A DNA stretch of 64,000 nt from Anthoceros angustus (taxonomy: Eukaryota > Plantae > Anthocerotophyta): positions 620,001 through 684,000 of the forward strand of contig MU008167.1 in assembly GCA_010909165.1 (NCBI GenBank). Reading direction: 5' to 3'. Positions 59,458 to 64,000 of the stretch are shown one piece after another. The notes below the pieces were generated by a model, which saw only the letters and a list, made by a program, of their open reading frames with translations, was not told the origin of the DNA and did no database searches. Every line of letters starts with the position of its first letter. Within the stretch, counting starts at the first letter, position 1. Both the position numbers and the translations under genes were made by a program.

Positions 59458-60941
59458 ATGGCTGCGTTTGCAACACAAGCTGTGGGCGGCTCGCTGTCTT
59501 TCGGCAGCTGCACAAGTTTTACTGGGTCCACGTCGGTTGCCTTCCCTGTACGTCCCGATTGCGGGTTTTGTCTCTCTTCGGCCAGTTTGGGTTGTGGGTG
59601 GTTCAAGAGAATGCTGCTGACTAGTTGGCTCTCCTGTTGTTGGATCGAAGGGACGCAGGAGCTGCCGAGCAATGCCGGCCTCTCCCACTGCAAGTTTGGT
59701 CTTGCAGCCTCCTCCGTACGAGCTGGTATTTGCACTGCCCGGTAGCCATGGCTGCTGTCGCTGCATGATACCATGATAGCGTGTTCACTGTGGCTGTGGC
59801 TGACATCCTGGCAGGATGCTTTGGAGCCGTTTATGAGCAAAGCCACCCTGGAGTACCACTGGGGGAAGCATCACAAGGCCTATTATGACAACCTGAACAA
59901 CCAGCTACAAGGCACTGATCTGGCTGGCAACACATTGGAGGAGATCATCAAGATTTCATACAACGATGGGAATCCTACCCAGGTTTTCAACAACGCTGGC
60001 CAGGTGCGAGAAGGGAGTGCTCTCAGATGGTACCAGGATGGACTGATGCACTCTCCCCGTGTGTTTGCTGAACGGGGCATGTGATGCAGGCATGGAACCA
60101 TGACTTCTTCTGGCAGTCAATAAGGCCCGGTGGTGGTGGAAAGCCCACAGGAGAAATTCTGGGCCTCATTGAGAGGGACTTTGGATCCTATGACAACTTT
60201 GTCAAGGAGTTCAAGCAATCTGGTGCTACTCAGTTCGGCTCTGGCTGGGCCTGGCTTGTCTGTAAGTGCACCGTTTCGAGTTTCGAGTCTGCGCTCGTGG
60301 ATAATCGTGCTGCTTTCTTCGCTCAAAACGCCTTGACATAAGCACTTTCGTGCGATTGCAGTGAAGGACAACAAGCTTGCGGTGGAGAAAACTCCTAATG
60401 CCGTCACTCCTCTTATATACGGGAGCCTAGTGAGTATCAGTAGCTTTGGCTGGCCTCTTTTCATGCCTGCTTGCTGAATTCAGTCCTGGTTTCGGCTGCC
60501 CTTTCTGAGCATAGTCGTAATTTTTTTTTGCAGCCACTGCTCACGATGGATGTCTGGGAGGTATGATGCTACATGATCCGTTTGTGTTGCAGCCTACTTA
60601 TACCTCTTTGTCTACTGATCTTCTATGTTTCCCTCGTTCATCGTTGGCAGCATGCCTATTACCTTGACTATCAGGTACAGCATCCCCCTCGCACTTGGGT
60701 TGTGAGGTGCAGGACTACGTAGCACTGAGTATATGACTGTTGAGTCAACATTCTTCGCTTGCACACCATTTCTGGCCAAGACTTTTGCTGAAGTGTGTTC
60801 TGAACTTTTTTCCACGTTTTGTCTGGATTTTGGCAGAACCGACGTCCTGATTACATATCCACTTTCGTGGACAAGCTCATATCCTGGGAAGCAGTTAATG
60901 CTCGCCTGGAGGCGGCAAAGGCTGTCCAGACAACTCATTAA
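59458..60941 (+). CDS. FSD: Iron superoxide dismutase, plastid-targeted, multi-exon
   Basis: Ser/Ala-rich transit peptide; [25 protein letters not shown]; [14 protein letters not shown]; [10 protein letters not shown]; KTPNA; [18 protein letters not shown]; stop TAA 60939-60941. Confidence 0.95.
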
Positions 60942-61527
60942 TGTACGTGGGAACGCACCAGGGCAGCTAATGAGGTGGCAAGTCTCAGCATTTCCATCAC
61001 TCTTAACTTTGCAGGAAGTTTGCCAGGACATATCCCAAGAAAGCAGCAACTGCCATCTCCATCGACCCAGTACTTCCATCGCTGTAAAACCCAGCAACCC
61101 AACTCCATCACCAGTGCGTTTTTCTGTAAGCATAGGGAAGCATTTTGGCTGCCACGTAAGTACCACAACCTAGTTACACATTGTTGACTGTGCCTCCTCG
61201 TATCTTCCTCCGATTGGACAGTAACTATATCATGTGAGACTTGGCCTTCCTGGGAAATCGACAAGCGGCTGCAATTCTATCCTTTTGAGCCTGTGTTGCA
61301 GTCACCAGAAAACTTTGAAAGCACCTCACTTGAACAATCGTCCGGATCTGCTCCGGATTTTACGGCTCTGATGAGACCTTCACTACCGGTAAAACGAGAT
61401 TCTCCAGAGTCATCAAATAATGAATCTTGTCATAGCTAGAACTAACTTCCTTGAACTGTTGGCGAAAGGTTCTGTGTTTCTTTTTCCTAATACTTGATCA
61501 AACTATGCCAACTCGACAGATGAACTG

Positions 61528-63447
61528 TCAAGCTAGTAACTTGACAAGTTGATCATGAAGGACTCCTCCATTAGAAGCCAAAACTGAGCCACCAAGAAGT
61601 GGTAAAGGCTCACCATCCATCGCTGTTACTCGTCCTCCCGCTTCCTGTGACTGAAGTACTTAGGAGATCGCAATTCACAACAGGTCGGACTAAGATCTGA
61701 CCAGCAAGAAAGTAAGATGCACCCAAACCGATAGGAATTGACCGACATACATACCTCCACGATCAACCTTGCTGCTGCAATATCCCATGGCTGCACGAAC
61801 AATTGGCCACTGGTGTTATGATTAGACTAGGAATTCATGAGGCGAAATCGTAATTTAAAACAACCGTAATCCTAAACCAGACACAATCGTTCCTCATGGA
61901 TTGATATATCATCAGCTATGCAGAGCCGCCCAGAAAGCCATTGCAACTTGAGAATGCACTTGGTAAGCACAGACCTTCAAGCCGTGCTCAAAGAAACAGC
62001 CCAGTCGACCAGCACCAACGTAGCTCATATGCAGAGCCTAACCCCAGGCAATTGTTGTTAGAATCTCAACCTTCTACAGCAAGGTGGAAGGCTCACTCTC
62101 AACTGCTACAGCTCCCTCTACGAGCAGCATAAAATGATAAGATACAACTTTCATGATGTACTTCAACTCACAGCAGTGCCTAAAGCCCGAACAGAGCGAA
62201 CTTTAAGAGCAATCTTTGATATGGCATCCACCATTCGCAACCGAAGTTCTGGCTGCAAACATAGACCAGCATTCTTAGCTGATGAAACCACGAATTTTCT
62301 CATGCGTGGAGCTACGTTTCAAAGCCCAAAAACACCTTAGAGGGGAACCCCAGTGATACAATAGCATCTTCCAGCGGTGTTTCTTGAGTCAATACCGATA
62401 TAGGTTTTCCATTGAGGTATGCACCTGTACACGGTCGGCCAGCCTCAAAAGATCAACACTTCCCTACCCCATCAAAGTGGATTGCCAAACAAACACAATG
62501 ACCCAGTGCCAAGCGATGTTGAGCTGAAAAGTTGAAGCGGATAGAACGGGGGAAGTCACCATGGCCTCTTCGAGCAACGAACAGTTCATCCTGAAAAGGG
62601 TTGTACACAACTCCTAGCTCAATCTTCCCACGATGCGCCACTCCAATGGACACTACGGACAATGGTACTCCCCCAACCTCTAGACACAAATGGAGGGCCA
62701 CCCACACGAAGGAGCTGGCAAATTAGGAGCAGGAAAAGAGTGTTCATTCCAAGCCAAGCAGCTATCATGAGCACTCACAAAATTCAGAGTTCCATCGATA
62801 GGATCAACAATCCATATCCAGTCCGAGCTATCCGTGGTACCAAGAAGCCTCTCCATCTCGCTGCGTGTAGCAGTCTCTTCCCCCACGCAACAGTGAGTGG
62901 GGAATCGGGCCTGCGACAGTCCATATCTTAGAACTCCTTGCATGGTGATAAACCCTTGCAAGCCAGACTGTACCTGTATCTCAGCTTGTATGACGCGCTC
63001 AATACTGCGGTCCACCTCAGTAACCAAGTCGTATCTCACGTCCTTCACATCAATCTGAGAGCGTAAGGCTCAGGAGTCAGAGTCAGTCAAGTCTGTGTGC
63101 CAAGAAAACAGCTGCTGCCCCCGGATGAGATTTTTCATGGGTGCCCAAGAGTAAGACTAACATGCTGGGCTCGACCGGACTTGGATCGGATTTGCTCTCC
63201 AGCCTGCGCAGCCCGTAACAAGGGATTGGTTAGAATCAGCCTTGCGATGCCTTGCAGCAGGAAGGCGTGTGGAAACGTGTGCATACAATACCTGAAGTGC
63301 TAAGCGGAGGGCAAGATCCTCGATCTCTGCTGCGCCTTGCCTTGAGCTGGCAGCAGCAGCACGGGTCCTGACCAGCTTCCCCCCACAACGTGAAAGGGGC
63401 CAGAAAGGAGATCCCCTTGCTCCCACAATCGCCGTAGCCACAGCCAT
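61528..63447 (-). CDS. Inositol monophosphatase-family protein with plastid transit peptide-like N-terminus, multi-exon
   Basis: DLVTEVDR..E, VGEE, WIVDPIDGTLNF, VSIGV..GVVYNPFQDELF.ARRG.GAYLNG, R.LG, PWDIAAA.LIV, EAGGRVT..DG, LASNG; stop 61528-61530. Confidence 0.9.
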
Positions 63448-64000
63448 CTCTGCTCCACCCTGTAACCTGTTACCAGTCACGTCCACCGGCCCCAACGCCA
63501 GAGTCCGTCAAAGATCTACCTACATATGTATCTCCACGTGGGAGGAGCGCAGCTGGGATGCTGAGATTCTGGATAACAGAAGAGGAAGCCAAACTGTCTA
63601 TGTAGATTGCGTATTGTCTGTTGACATACACTTGTGCCCAAAATCTCTCTCGCTGCGTGCCAGACAGCCAGAGCCAACCTGCTGGTGCTGCCCAGTCGGA
63701 CCCAAGATCGAGCCATGGCTCCGGCTGTTGCATCTCTGCAGCTGACGAGGCTGCAAGCCAGCCAGGCTCAGTTCCCTCATCAGGCTGGAGCAGCCTCGCA
63801 AGCGCCTGTGCTTTCCAGACTGAGGGCATGTCGGTGCCTCTCTTTCTCCTCCCCCTGCTCCTCCTCCTCCTCCTTTTCTTCTCTGGCAATCCAAGGCAAG
63901 CCTCGAGGCAGAGTGGTGGCTCAGGCGGAAGCCGATGCCCCCGGTAGCGGCATTGCCAGCATTCTCAGCACCACCCAGAATTCTGGCACGGGAAATAGCA

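Overview
Eukaryotic plant nuclear DNA, most likely a non-seed plant. Short ~80-130 bp introns, tight gene packing and a PPR protein with a WW-type 'PGQSWWTD' box point to a hornwort-like genome (inference). Host genes: a partial unknown gene with a doubled ribbon-helix-helix-like motif (<1-788, -), fused tRNA-wybutosine synthase TYW3/Kelch/TYW2 (967-5477, -), eIF2B delta (9420-11946, -), an HD-domain HDDC2-like nucleotidase (51435-52163, -), a PLS-E PPR editing factor with a truncated DYW:WW tail (53761-56940, +), plastid Fe-SOD (59458-60941, +) and an inositol monophosphatase (61528-63447, -). The centre (12.4-50 kb) is a nested transposon island. A CRE-like non-LTR element is split by a 33-kb Ty3/Gypsy tandem block (LTR-internal-LTR-internal-LTR, 12610-45965), and that block carries a short GAG/PR-only Copia with an AAGGA target-site duplication and an antisense tRNA-like segment. 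The most unusual element is the Gypsy: its ~4.5-kb LTRs contain a long sense ORF (MAPK(K)PTEVWEPW..., coiled-coil rich) plus an array of GTCCGGAC palindromes. Relics of an IS3EU-like DDE transposase and a SWIM/MULE-type protein are also present. Repeat regions are full of small indels that look like long-read consensus error, so coding capacity and some tandem duplications there need checking against raw reads.
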